From: Isurus oxyrinchus
Lineage: Eukaryota
Assembly: GCA_026770705.1 (NCBI GenBank)
Contig: JANJGN010000140.1
Coordinates: 682,001-746,000 of the forward strand
DNA length: 64,000 nt
Direction: 5' to 3'
Position 1 is the stretch's first letter; every line of letters begins with the position of its first letter. Below the pieces are notes generated by a model that was given only the letters and a program-made list of their open reading frames with translations, was not told where the DNA came from and did no database searches. A program made the position numbers and the translations under genes. Below are positions 11,543-22,587 of the stretch, one piece after another.

Positions 11543-11631
11543 TCAGTTCCTCGGTCAGTTTGGTTCCTGTTCCGAATATTAATGGTCTAAAAACATTCGA
11601 ATACACAATGACAAAACTCCATCTGAAAACT
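11543..11631 (-). other. TCRdelta-type J segment (11543-11603) with 12-RSS (11604-11631)
   Basis: YSNVFRPLIFGTGTKLTEEL with FGxG motif and phase-1 GTGAGT donor. RSS AGTTTTCAG-12-CATTGTG. Confidence 0.88.
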
Positions 11632-12659
11632 CAATGACACGCCAATAAACTTCAAATGGCATTCGGCACTCTTCTGGCCAGTTCACCAAGTCCCACCACA
11701 TAATGCTATTTTCTGCAGTTTGCTTGGGTTAAAAAGTTAATCCTCAAACCCTGCAATCTTGGAGATGATTCGCAGCTCTCCTTCAATTTCGCACCATAAG
11801 AAATCATGGCCGCGATATCCCAATTGACAAATCCAAGCGAGGCAGAGGGTGGGGAGAATCCTCTTTTTTACTTTCAAACGAAATTCTCAACGCATTACAA
11901 ATATGCTGCAAGTGGGGTTTCAGTAGAATTGGAAGCAAAGACAATGTACATCCCCCACCCCACCAACTGTTCCTCGACACTGCGATATTTGATGCAATTT
12001 ATGGCTGCCTGGGTTAATGGAGCATAGGGTTTTGGGCCACATTACACAATGCAACATAAACATGACTTCTAATTTCACGGAGTCTCCTTAACATTAGAAT
12101 TCAGACACAGGCACATGCATACACACACAAAACAACTAACACCTTCAAATGGCATACACACGCATACACACACAAAACGACTAACACCTTAAATACTCTG
12201 GTCTTCGTCTCAGCGTAATAAGTCAGCCATTTTGGCTTAAGTTGAGGAGATATCCCTTCACTCAGAAGGCTGCGGGCCTTTGCAATTCTCCAGCCCAGAG
12301 GGTTCAGGATGTTCAGCAGATGCCCATATTCAAAATGGTGATTGATGGATTTTCATTTGGTGATGGATAGATTTCTTGGGAGGTGGCGCTAAAGGGATCA
12401 ATGATATTGGGACAGGCCAAGAGGACATTGAGGTCGAATCTCAGTCATGATCTTATTGAACTGCTCAATGCTGCTCCTATTTATTATATCCTTAATGGTT
12501 CCCACCGTCCAGGCTGTACTATCCCACGACCCCCACACCGAACCCTGACTGACCCTGTACTTTGGGGACATTGAAGCTTCGAATATTTCGAGACTGGAGC
12601 CCTTAACCAGTGCAGTGCACAACCCCCCAGCGCAAGTGAAACTTCCCCCGCCAGTGCAT

Positions 12660-12688
12660 ACACACACTGACAGACAGACAGACAGACA

Positions 12689-12725
<37 letters not shown>

Positions 12726-12752
12726 ACACACACACGCATACACAGACACTCA
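12660..12752. repeat. (CA)n/(GACA)n microsatellite
   Basis: Directly visible. Confidence 0.9.
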
Positions 12753-13090
12753 TTCAATAATGCCTGCCTTGGTGATTAAATGCCTGTTAAAGCCTTGGGG
12801 GAGTGGTGGAGGGGGACCATTGGAATCGCGATGCACAAGGGTTGGCATCTACTTTCTGGGATGGATCCAGTCAATCGGCACCCCCTCCCTCGCACCCATC
12901 CCCATCCGCACCCAACGACAGCTCCTCACCCCAAATCCCGTTTACATCACTGACACATGAAATAACGCCGTGGCTTAACATCTAAGTCAGTTCAGTTCAG
13001 AGGAGGGAAAGAGAATGAAAATTAAATAAATAAAAGATGTGGAGTGATCCACAATGACCGAATTACTGGTTTCCACAATCAACCTGGTCC

Positions 13091-13135
13091 CGTTGTTCCG
13101 TATGTTGCACGCGGTTAAACCCGATCACAAGATCC
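13091..13135 (-). other. Candidate degenerate TCRdelta D segment
   Basis: Plus strand reads CACGCGG-12-ACAAGATCC (13108-13135), a 5' 12-RSS for a minus-strand D. The 3' RSS is weak. Position between supporting V and J fits. Confidence 0.3.
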
Positions 13136-13474
13136 ATGTTACCCACCCCCTCCACATCTCTGGGCAAAGCTGCTCCCTTGTCTGGGAGATGGATCAGGCC
13201 GGTGAATACACGGGACGTGACTTTATTATGCGGTCCTGGGTGCATTGGGGAAGGTACAAATCCCTGAATATCCAGGAGGAGAAAACAGCGCGATACTGAC
13301 AGAATGGGAAAGGGGGTAAGGGTCCTGGGCCGGGAGGCTGTGGGGGTGGTGCTGTCGGGTGGACCCAGGTTAACATCACGGGGTGGGGAGGAGGGAGAGA
13401 GGCTGTGTGTTGAGAGCAGTTGGTACCATCCCGTAGGCTATAGCACGAGCGTTGAAGGAGATTCAGCTACTGTT

Positions 13475-13693
13475 ATAAAAACAAAGAAAACTGCGGATGC
13501 TGGAAATCCAAAACAAAAACAGAATTACCTGGAAAAACTCAGCAGGTCTGGCAGCATCGGCGGAGAAGAAAAGAGTTGACGTTTCGAGTCCTCATGACCC
13601 TTCAAGGGTCATGAGGACTCGAAACGTCAACTCTTTTCTTCTCCGCCGATGCTGCCAGACCTGCTGAGTTTTTCCAGGTAATTCTGGTTTTTT
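13475..13693. mobile_element. Hairpin (MITE-like) insertion with 13-bp TSD
   Basis: Perfect 83-bp inverted arms 13520-13602 and 13604-13686. TSD TTCAGCTACTGTT at 13462-13474 and 13694-13706. Confidence 0.9.
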
Positions 13694-13733
13694 TTCAGCT
13701 ACTGTTGGTCCTTCTGTAATCCCACCATGTTCA

Positions 13734-14078
13734 GGCTTTTCTACAGCTCTCTCCATGCTCTGTATCACTGTGCTGCACGCCGACTCTGTGCACAGTAAGA
13801 CAAAGCGGAGTTGCTCCATTGTAGTTTGGAGATCTTTAACCGGCTGATTTTCTCGACGGATTCGATAGAAGCAGAAATTCTCCCCTCGACGGCGTTTTCT
13901 TTATTCTCCTCTCCTGAAGTGTGTCTCTGAAGCACATATTCCGGAGCCTGTCCGGGCGACAGACGATACCAGTGTACTGTGTACGGACAGAACCCTGAAT
14001 ATTCACAGTTTAAAGTAATGGTGTCACAGGCAGCAGAGGTTTGTACTGGCGGATCCCGGGAAATCATGGAACTGGAAT
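13734..14078 (-). CDS. Leaderless NAR-TCR-supporting TCRdelta V (exon 13773-14078) with 23-RSS
   Basis: DSSSMISRD...ITLNCEYSGFCPYTVHWYRL...LQWSNSALSYCAQSRRAA with CDR1 Cys. RSS CACAGTG-23-AGAAAAGCC. The DxAxYYC motif is eroded. Confidence 0.88.
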
Positions 14079-15479
14079 CTGGAGAATCAAAAAAAATGAA
14101 CATTATCTTTTTGTTTATCCACTGTTTGTCCAGGAGAAATTGTCGATCCCTTGAATAGCTCTGCTTTTTGTGTTAATTTTATTCGTTTGAAGCCTGTTTG
14201 AACCGTATTCACTGTTATTAAAATATGATAAAGTAGGGAATGAAGTGATTTTTTTTTCCATAGCGAATTCTCCTCATGAAGAATGCACCGTTTGAATTGG
14301 TGGTGGGAACAGATTCCATTGTAACTTTGAAGCAGGTAATGGATCTGTACTGGAAATGTAAATAAAAATATAGAGCGATGGAGAAAGTTAATGGGCCGTA
14401 GGAACAATTGGTTTGCACTTCTAAAGCGTCGGCGCCTACATGATGGGCCACATAATTCTATGAATAAAATTACATCCCTGTGTGTATTATCCCTAGTGAG
14501 AGACAAACCCGAGGGAATATTTTATGATCAATGAGGCAACCGATTTCCAAAAAAAAAAATGTTTGTTGGAGAGAAATACAGCTGTGTGACATCACAACAA
14601 GACCCAACACAAACTGATGGGAATCATCAGCACCAATTGGGCCAAAGCCAAACATCAGTGGCCAAAGGTCAATCATTTCCTGCGGCTTATAAGTGCTCAG
14701 GAATTTCTCTCGGCCTGGTGCTCTATTTCTCTAAGTTTTATCAATAGGGTCCAATCTTCTGCAGTTCAGTTCATTTGAAATATTTACAATTAATTTAATT
14801 TTATTTACTTTATTTCACATTTCCTTTTTTCACATTTACGTTGTGCTGTTTGCGCTTTTTGCAATCGTGGGAACTTCTCCCAAACTCTCTCAGTTGTCTG
14901 TTGGGTTCAGTCTGTTCAGTTTCCGCAGTGGTTTTACTGTTACTCACTGGGAACTGCCTCTTCCGGCTCTCTAACAATTTCAATTCTTTCCGTATGTTAA
15001 CTGATTCTTTCCCGGGTTCACTGGGCGGAGTTTTCCCTCAATTTTAACATTATGGAGGAAAAAGAACGCAAAAGAGGAATGGGCCATTCAACCTGTGCAT
15101 AGACTCAATTCCAACCTAATCCCCACCGAAACTTAACTGACCATTTCCATCCAGCTCCCTGGGTCGGTCTGTTCCGTAAATATATCAGTAATATCTGCAA
15201 GCACTCCCTGGGACAGCAAGTTCCATACTCTGACTTGTCTTTGTTAAAATTTATTTGTCTTAATATTCTTCTTTGTCCTGTTAATATTTTGATGGTCCAT
15301 TGCTTTGGCCTCAGCCACAAATAAACAATTTCACCAGACTAAAACCGCTCATTGTTTGAAAGGTTTCTATTAATTTTCCCAGTGTTTCCCTTTTGTCCAG
15401 AAAAAAGAGGCCCTGCCGGCTTCAACTTCCCAGAGAGATGTGGAATGCTGCTGATTTCTTTTCTCAGGCCTATAGGAAA

Positions 15480-16030
15480 TCAAAGTAGAGAATCGAATAG
15501 AAGCAGGAGGCGCCTGATCACCTTTCAAACCTGCTCAGCCATTCAGTAATATGGTTGCTGATTTTCCACCTCAACATCACATTCCCGCATTCTCCCAATA
15601 TCCCCTGATTCTGTTAGTATCCAAAAATCTGTCGAATATTGCCTTGCATACACGGTGATACTGAACACCCATCGCTCTCTGAGTTACAGAATGCCACAGG
15701 TTCGCAACAATAGTTCTTCTCAAGATTATTTTCCGTTTCTCAGTTCTAATGGATGACCCTTTCTTCTGAAGCTGTGACCCTGAGTTCTATACTCCTCAGC
15801 CTGGAGAAACTGCGACCCAGTATCTGCCCAGTCAAGTTCCCTGAAGAATATTATATGTTTTCATTAGATCACCTCTCATTCTCCTAAACTCTAGGGAATA
15901 CAGGCCCAGACTACTAAATCATTTCACAATGGATAACCTCTTCATCTTAGGAATCAGTCTGGTGAGCCTTTGTTGCACTCCTTCCAAAGCAGATGGTTCT
16001 CTCTTCAGTAATGAGACCAAAACTTTACAC
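15480..16030 (-). mobile_element. CR1-type LINE 3' fragment
   Basis: Reverse complement of the same 3' end seen at 2255-2830. Confidence 0.65.
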
Positions 16031-16925
16031 AGCATTTCAGTCTATTTCAGTCCTTCCCTCCATAAAGCTCACCCACCACGTGGTCGGATTGTACTTTGGA
16101 AGGCGCCCAGAGGTCATACAATCCTTCTCCCCCTTTCGCTGAGCTATTTCTTGCTGGTTCTAAATGAACATGGCCCCAGTTTATAATTGTTCCCTATGTT
16201 CTTGCTCTCCTTTATAAGATTAATGCATTATCCTCACTATCTCACTGCATTTTGTTGTTTCCATTAACAGTAATCAGGGATACAGAAAAATTACAGCAAT
16301 CCCATCTCTCAAACATCTACATTCAAGATAATAAAGTGTCTGCAGTTCCAAACTTTCACATTTCGGTCTGAGGTCAGAAAGGCAGGAAAGTAATTGGTTT
16401 TCTGAAGACAATTGAAACAAATGGCGGGGGCATTGTCACTAATTTCAGTCACTGATTATCCAATAATAAAATTCCATGTAGACCCACATCAGCACCTCTT
16501 ATATCTGAAGTCCATTGTGTCACTTGCTTGTTTTACTCCCGAGTCAGGTATCCGAATTGGCCGCAGTTATGTTGAGTTTATTCACCTGGTTCCTCATTCA
16601 CATTGCGCAGCTCGGACTGCAAACTGCTGCCCAGGAGAGAGATCTGTCACCCCGCTCCCCAGCTCTAAGGGACAGGCAGAGCTCCCTCGGTCACAATTAA
16701 CACCGGGAGTGGAGTCCAGATTGCTGACAATCTGCTCTCGTTAAAAGCGATTCAAAGTGTGAGAGTCCGAGATGTTGATGTTGTCCCCAATGTGCCCGTT
16801 AAACCAATAATGGTCCAGATTCCGTCAACTCCCACATCCCCCCAAACCCAACCGATATCAAAAATAAACTGACGGTGAACATTACAAGGGACAGTCGGTA
16901 ACCCGGCGAGGTTTGGAGTTATTAC

Positions 16926-17008
16926 CAGCTTTCCTGGGTCCATCCACAGAATAATATTTAGTAACCCACCACAGTGACACCACTCTCAGTTTCCCCGGTA
17001 CAACAACC
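16926..17008 (-). pseudogene. NAR-TCR J pseudosegment (16926-16969) with 23-RSS
   Basis: GGTTGTTGT-23-CACTGTG, then ..VDGPRKA| GTAAT. An internal deletion removes the TVVTV strand present in the paralog at 1346. Confidence 0.85.
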
Positions 17009-17324
17009 ACCGACAACTCAAACTACTGGGGAATCATCATCAGACAGTAGAAACTGCCCAATTATTCAGCGGATATAAATAAATAAACAATATTCAATAT
17101 TTTAAAGTCTCTGTCTGTTCAAACTGTTCTTTGTGAGGCCCTGAGCTCTGAGTAAATGGTCCCGGGAACGAAATGTTCTCTTCATATAAACCGAGAAAAA
17201 TGATTAAAGAAAGATAACTGAATGGTGGAAATTACAATGAAATGTAACCAGATTATAGCAACAATAACATCAACCCGACAATTCACTGTCCGGGACTGGA
17301 GAATTTATACTGTGATTGTGGAGA

Positions 17325-17397
17325 GATATTTGCTCAAGTCTCTTCCACTGTGACTTCCCCATCCAAACACACAGTGTTACAAGTCAGCATGAAATCC
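17325..17397 (-). other. NAR-TCR D segment (17353-17369, TGTTTGGATGGGGAAGT) flanked by 12/12 RSS
   Basis: GGATTTCAT-12-CACTGTG, D, CACAGTG-12-GCAAATATC. Confidence 0.88.
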
Positions 17398-17724
17398 CCT
17401 GGGTACTTGGTGCGCTGTGGGGATACTAGGTAAACAGCTGGGACTGCGGTTCCCGGTTCCAGCTGTTAGACCAGGATCACATCTGGTGTTAGAGGTTTGT
17501 AACTGGGATTAGTCATTCCCAATCCCCATTCACTGACACCAATCCCGGGAAAGACATCGCCATCCGCACACACTCGACATTTATAAAACTCAAGATGTTA
17601 ACGGCAATAATCCAATCTTATTATACACTAGACTGTGGGGCAGGCGGTGTGAGGCGGAACCGTGGGGGGTTTCACTGCAGATTAACTCCGTTTTTTTATT
17701 TGATTCTGTAATAATCTGCAGTGA

Positions 17725-18246
17725 GAGTTTTTATATCGCGGGAAACCGAGACCCGTCGCCATGTTCTTCGTACTCGTACTGAGCTTTACAGAAATAGGTG
17801 GCGGTGTCTTCAACTCTCACATCCCGAATTTCCAGCGAAAATGTATTTTGTGCTTTATTCAACGACTCAACAAATCTTCCTCCGCTGGAGATCCGCTCCC
17901 GCTCTGTCCCGGTCTGGGTTTTTCTGAAGAAATCCCCGCCCGTCAAATGTCGAGCGTAAAAACCACCATAGAAAACATAGGTAATGGTGAGAGACTGACA
18001 CTCCTTCCTGGTCACCGCTGCCGGGGTCTGTGTCAATGACTGACTGAAATAGCCTGGAAATTAAACAGAGAGAGTTTAATGGAGCATCACAGCAGATTCA
18101 CAGAACGGGGTTAAACCCCAGACATTGTCTGTAATTGGGATGGGCTCGGGCAGCTTACTATTAAATCCACACAATGTCGGTTTGTTTGATTGGTACTCAC
18201 TGGGTAAACATACACACAGGGTGAAAACAAGAAAGATTCCCATCAT
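17725..18246 (-). pseudogene. NAR-TCR V segment, unrearranged (leader 18201-18246, V 17764-18053); probably non-functional
   Basis: Leader MMGIFLVFTLCVCLP. V reads QTPAAVTRKECQSLTITYVF...RERISSGGRFVESLNKAQNTFSLEIRDVRVEDTATYFCKAQYEYEE. Canonical first Cys replaced by Tyr. RSS CATGGCG-23-TAAAAACTC has a defective heptamer. Confidence 0.9.
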
Positions 18247-18656
18247 TCTGCTGCCTGGAACTGAGGGTTTATATGACGGGGAGCTGGAGACTGCAGCCCT
18301 GGATGCACTGGGAAACCGGACCTCAGAGCTGGACTGAAATATTTTAGGGGGATCGAGTTTATTTGCACAGGGCAGTTTCGCTGAGATCATTGATGGGCCG
18401 CATGGTTCCCCGATAGGTGGCTAAGTGCTGTGTGAATAAGAGACAGGTTTATAAAAGGAGGCTGCAATTTTCTGACTCTACATTTGGATTGTGATCAGGA
18501 TGTGAAAGCCCCTCCCACAATACTCTGGGGTACAGGGGTGGGGGAAGGGAGCTTTTCTTTCTGCCAGTTGTGCTGTTGCATTCCTTTCCCCACAGTGATA
18601 AACTGGGAGGTCGGTGCATGTGTTTGCATTGGGTGGTGTTTGTTAAAGGTGGAATG

Positions 18657-18875
18657 TGGTCCCAGGACACCGAGAGAATCCTCCTGTCCCGCTCTTACCC
18701 CAGTATTCCAGAGAATGTTACCTGGTTCTTGTGACCCCAGACAAGGTATCTGATGTTTTGCAAAACGAAATCACAAGGTTTGCTTTAATTATCCATGGGA
18801 ACTATCGTCCGCCAACACCTTACGCCATGGACCCCACACTGGCTGCAAAAGTTAACCAGGTCCCATACAATGAAA
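18657..18875 (+). pseudogene. 3' fragment of a TCR V with RSS
   Basis: Degenerate ..ENPP..KVS..ITRFALII..AMDP, then CACACTG-25-ACAATGAAA. Paralog of 37575-37760. Confidence 0.6.
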
Positions 18876-18989
18876 CACACTATATCCCACCAAATCATTG
18901 AAGAAGACTTACGTCACTTCCAGCATTTCCAGTTGGGATAAAATTTCATCAATCTGAAACGTTAGCTCTCCACTGAAAGGCATCCTAAC

Positions 18990-20250
18990 CAGCTATCCTT
19001 TACTTTTCCAGAATGTTCTGTTCTTTTATTTCAGATTTGCAGCATTTATGGTTCTCGGCATTCGATTATTCCATCATGTGGGATTGGAATTGAACCCTTG
19101 CTATGTTTAACCTGGCTCTGAGCTGTGCTGATTAGCTTTTATCAATTCCATTGCCTCGTGTTCGTTGGCCACTGCACGGGCGGAAACTCTTCGCACCAAG
19201 AGACTGGGGAAAAATTGATGTTTTTAACATTTGTTTTATTCCTTAGTTTGACGTTGGCCAGCATTTATTGTCCTGCTCTAATTGCCCTTGTTCAAGGGCA
19301 TTTAAGAGCCAACCACATAAATGTCGGCCTGGAGTCAGATGTAGGCCAGACCAGGTAAAGACGCCAGATTTCCCTCCCTAAAGCACATTAGTGAAACATA
19401 TGGGTTTGTTCACTGCAACTGGCAATGATTCCGTGGTCATCATCAGACTTGCAAATCCAGATTATTAGGAGAATAGATATTGCACAGTGAATCCAGGTTT
19501 GGTGAGTCAGCGTGTTTTCCAGGGTTACTTCCTTTCTTTCGAAATATTCTACCTATGTCATTCAGGAAGAAATGGCGAAGATTCAGGTTCTGAACATCTT
19601 TCAGAATGAAGGGGTTGTGAATTTTCCTGGATATCTCTGAACTGTGGTTACTCGCCAACTCCGTCAATTCTGTTTTACCACCTCCAAAATCGCTTGGAAG
19701 CTCTGAGATGTTCACTGAGTATTGGAGCTCGGTGACAGGGCCTATGTTTTCACATGTCCCAGTCATGGCATCTGCTGTTTGACACAAAGATAATGAAACC
19801 GTTCCCTTAGTATTGATGTGGCCCTTCAATTCGTCTTTGCCGTTTNNNNNNNNNNNNNNNNNNNNNNNNNNNNNNNNNNNNNNNNNNNNNNNNNNNNNNN
19901 NNNNNNNNNNNNNNNNNNNNNNNNNNNNNNNNNNNNNNNNNNNNNNNNNNNNNNNNNNNNNNNNNNNNNNNNNNNNNNNNNNNNNNNNNNNNNNNNNNNC
20001 CTCTGATGGACACTGCCTGAATCACACACACGCACACACAACATTAGAAATCTACCCTCTGCTGGACACTGTCATTACCACATCCACACACAGACAGCCC
20101 TTGAGCAATCTACCCTCTGCTGGGAACTGTGATCATGACAAACACGCACACCCACCCACACATCTTAAGCAATCTACCCTTTGCTGCGCAGTGTCATAAT
20201 CACACACAGACAACTTTAGCAATCTACCCTCTGCTGAACACTGGCGGAAT
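18990..20250 (+). repeat. Segmental duplication with ~37880-39200 (includes an HE1-like SINE and the CA/AATCTACCCTCTGCTGGACAC minisatellite)
   Basis: Colinear similarity, e.g. TTCGCACC.AGAGACTGG, GGGTTACT, GGAGCTCGGTGAC, GTTCCCTTA.TATTGATG.GGCCCTTCAATTCG. Confidence 0.85.
19230..19445 (-). mobile_element. HE1-like SINE
   Basis: GCCAGCATTTATTG..AATTGCCCTTG..TTAAGAG.CAACCAC..GGAGTCA.ATGTAGGCCAGAC, sharing its 3' tail with the HER1-like LINE. Other copies at ~20280-20480, 38110-38325, 60520-60730. Confidence 0.65.
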
Positions 20251-21269
20251 CATACTCCTTAACCTTTCTGCTTTTGCGTTAAGGCAGTGTGCTACAGTGG
20301 TGTCGGGGAATTATCGATGAGCTAGTAATCCAACACCATTGTACAATGTCCAGTGTTCGAATCCCACCACGACAAATGGTAAAACTTGAGTTTCATAACT
20401 TTGTCTAATTATCTGCAGGAAAAAACAATTGTCACGAAAACCCATCTGGCTTACAAATGTCTTGCCGTGCGTGGGACTCTGACCCACAGCTAGTTACGAC
20501 TAATGATGGCTGCTGCCTCTCACTTGGTTGGGCTCCGTCATCAGCAGCTTTATGCTCCCATTCAAATACATTTGGGGGCAAAAACAGATAATTCTTGCCA
20601 TACTCAGCAAGTCGGAAAACATTGCTGCAGGGAGAATCAGATATAAGGTTTCACGTCCGCGACATTCCACCTGAACTCAGTTTGAGGAGTTGCTGATTTC
20701 TGGTGAAAGGTCACAGACTGGAGCCTTCATACTGTTTCTGGTTGTGTTTGCAGCATTTTCTGTTTTTGTTTCGAATTTGGTTAACATTTTCCTGCGAGAT
20801 AGAAGAGGGGGGTGGGGGTCGGTAAAATATCATCCGCAGGACAATCGCAAGCACATTCTTTCAAATAACTGTTTGCTCATAATTTGGGGCAAATTTAAGC
20901 ACGGATTTTACTGTATGATTATCTTAATGTTCTTTAAGAATCATCACACAACGGCATAAATTAAACACTCAGGATCCCTCTCGGTTCCCTGGGACACAAT
21001 CAGACAATGGAGCTCCCCACGTCGGAAAGACCGCACTGACTAACTGCATCCACAGTCCGACACTCTCTGCTGTGACCATCGGTATCTCTGATGAAAGATC
21101 CTCTCCAGTAGGATTTAGTAGACAATCCGCGGCAGCCCTGGATTTACTAGGCAACCAGTGGCACTCCTGCCCGTCTCTGTCGTTAGCCGCTCATGCTCTG
21201 AGCCGCCTGGCCCGCCTTGTTTTATCAAAGAGATTGCTGCCTCTCTTCCGGAACTGTCACCAGGAGCGA

Positions 21270-21745
21270 GGTTTTTGGACAGTGACTGCCCGGTTTTGTC
21301 TCAGTGTGGGGCTCAGCCGCACATTAATAAACCGTGACATTGGCGTCGTCAGTGCCTTCAATGAGCGGTTTGCCGCGTTTCTCCGACTCGGAAAGTTTCA
21401 GTTCATATCGCCCGCGTGTCTATTTGCCAATCTATGCTCGCCTTATAATCCACTGCAGTCCCTGGCCGTATTGCTGTCTATACCAACGCATCGCCTAAAA
21501 GTCGGACACCTCGTAGCTGCAGTCCATCTGCAGCGAATCCCCGCTCTGGACTGTGTTCGAAGCGGGAGATTGAAGGACACGGTTCGAGAGACATCGACCT
21601 GCAGAAGTATTCAGGGTATGAAAAACTGGAAAAACGAGATGAATAATGAAAAACTCACTCTGGGTTATTGGGTACCTGTCCTGTACCTCCCTGTTCGCAT
21701 CACCAGGATGACGGATAATAGCTTTAACGGGGCGACACAACACAT
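21270..21745 (-). pseudogene. TCRAD V pseudogene of the GLxWI family (exon 21309-21598)
   Basis: RCLSNRVLQSPASNTVQSGDSLQMDCSYEVSDF*AMRWYRQQYGQGLQWII.. with several stops. RSS CACACTG-23-CCAAAAACC. Confidence 0.88.
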
Positions 21746-21824
21746 GGTGGCTATGAGAATGTCAATACAATAATAGGAGGCAGCTCATAACAGAAGAAAG
21801 TGAATCGGGTGAAGAGATTAAAAT

Positions 21825-21925
21825 AAAAACAGAATTACCTGGAAAAACTCAGCAGATCTGGCAGCATCGGCGGAGAAGAAAAGAGTTGACGTTTCGAGTC
21901 CTCATGACCCTTCGACAGAACTTCA
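21825..21925 (+). mobile_element. Single-arm copy of the 13.5-kb hairpin element with 13-bp TSD
   Basis: Near-identical to 13516-13603. TSD AAGAGATTAAAAT at 21812-21824 and 21926-21938. Confidence 0.88.
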
Positions 21926-22587
21926 AAGAGATTAAAATGTTGGCTGTTTAAAGTCAATGATGGATATTCAATGTCTCGGTCACGTGCTTATTTTTCCCGC
22001 TCCTCATTGGCTTGAAATTGATATTGTTCACCGGATATAAGGAGGTGGTTTGTTAGCCCGCTGCTCATTTCCCCCGCGGTTCAGCTCTGAACCTATCAGT
22101 TGTCTGAAGACCAGCAGCTTCTTCTGCTCCGCGAGGAGGGAAGTGAGGGGAAGCACATCTCTTTATGAGAATCATTCTCACAAGCGACCAGCCTGACACT
22201 GGATGTGCAAATCCAGTGGAAACCATCCCTTACAAAATGAGTGAGCTCCCGAGGCGCTGTAACTCAGTAAACATTTAACGCCATCAGGACAGCCCAAGGA
22301 GCCATGTCCTTACAGAATGTGTGGAGCCTGTGGACTTGTGTGTAACAAAACAAGTAAAAAACTCACCATGATTTCTAAAACCCTTTCCCGGGGGAATGGA
22401 CGGGGTCGATGATACTCTACCTACCAAGGGAGTCAGCACATTTAGGATAATCTAGTTATCCTTTCCTTATAGGATGGGTGAAGCCTGTGGAAAGTAGGCC
22501 ACATAATAGTACCTGTGTAGGGGCTGGCTGATGGGAACCCGCAGCGGGTATTGTATGGGCCCACTTGGTCTCGGCCCCACCATGTCT

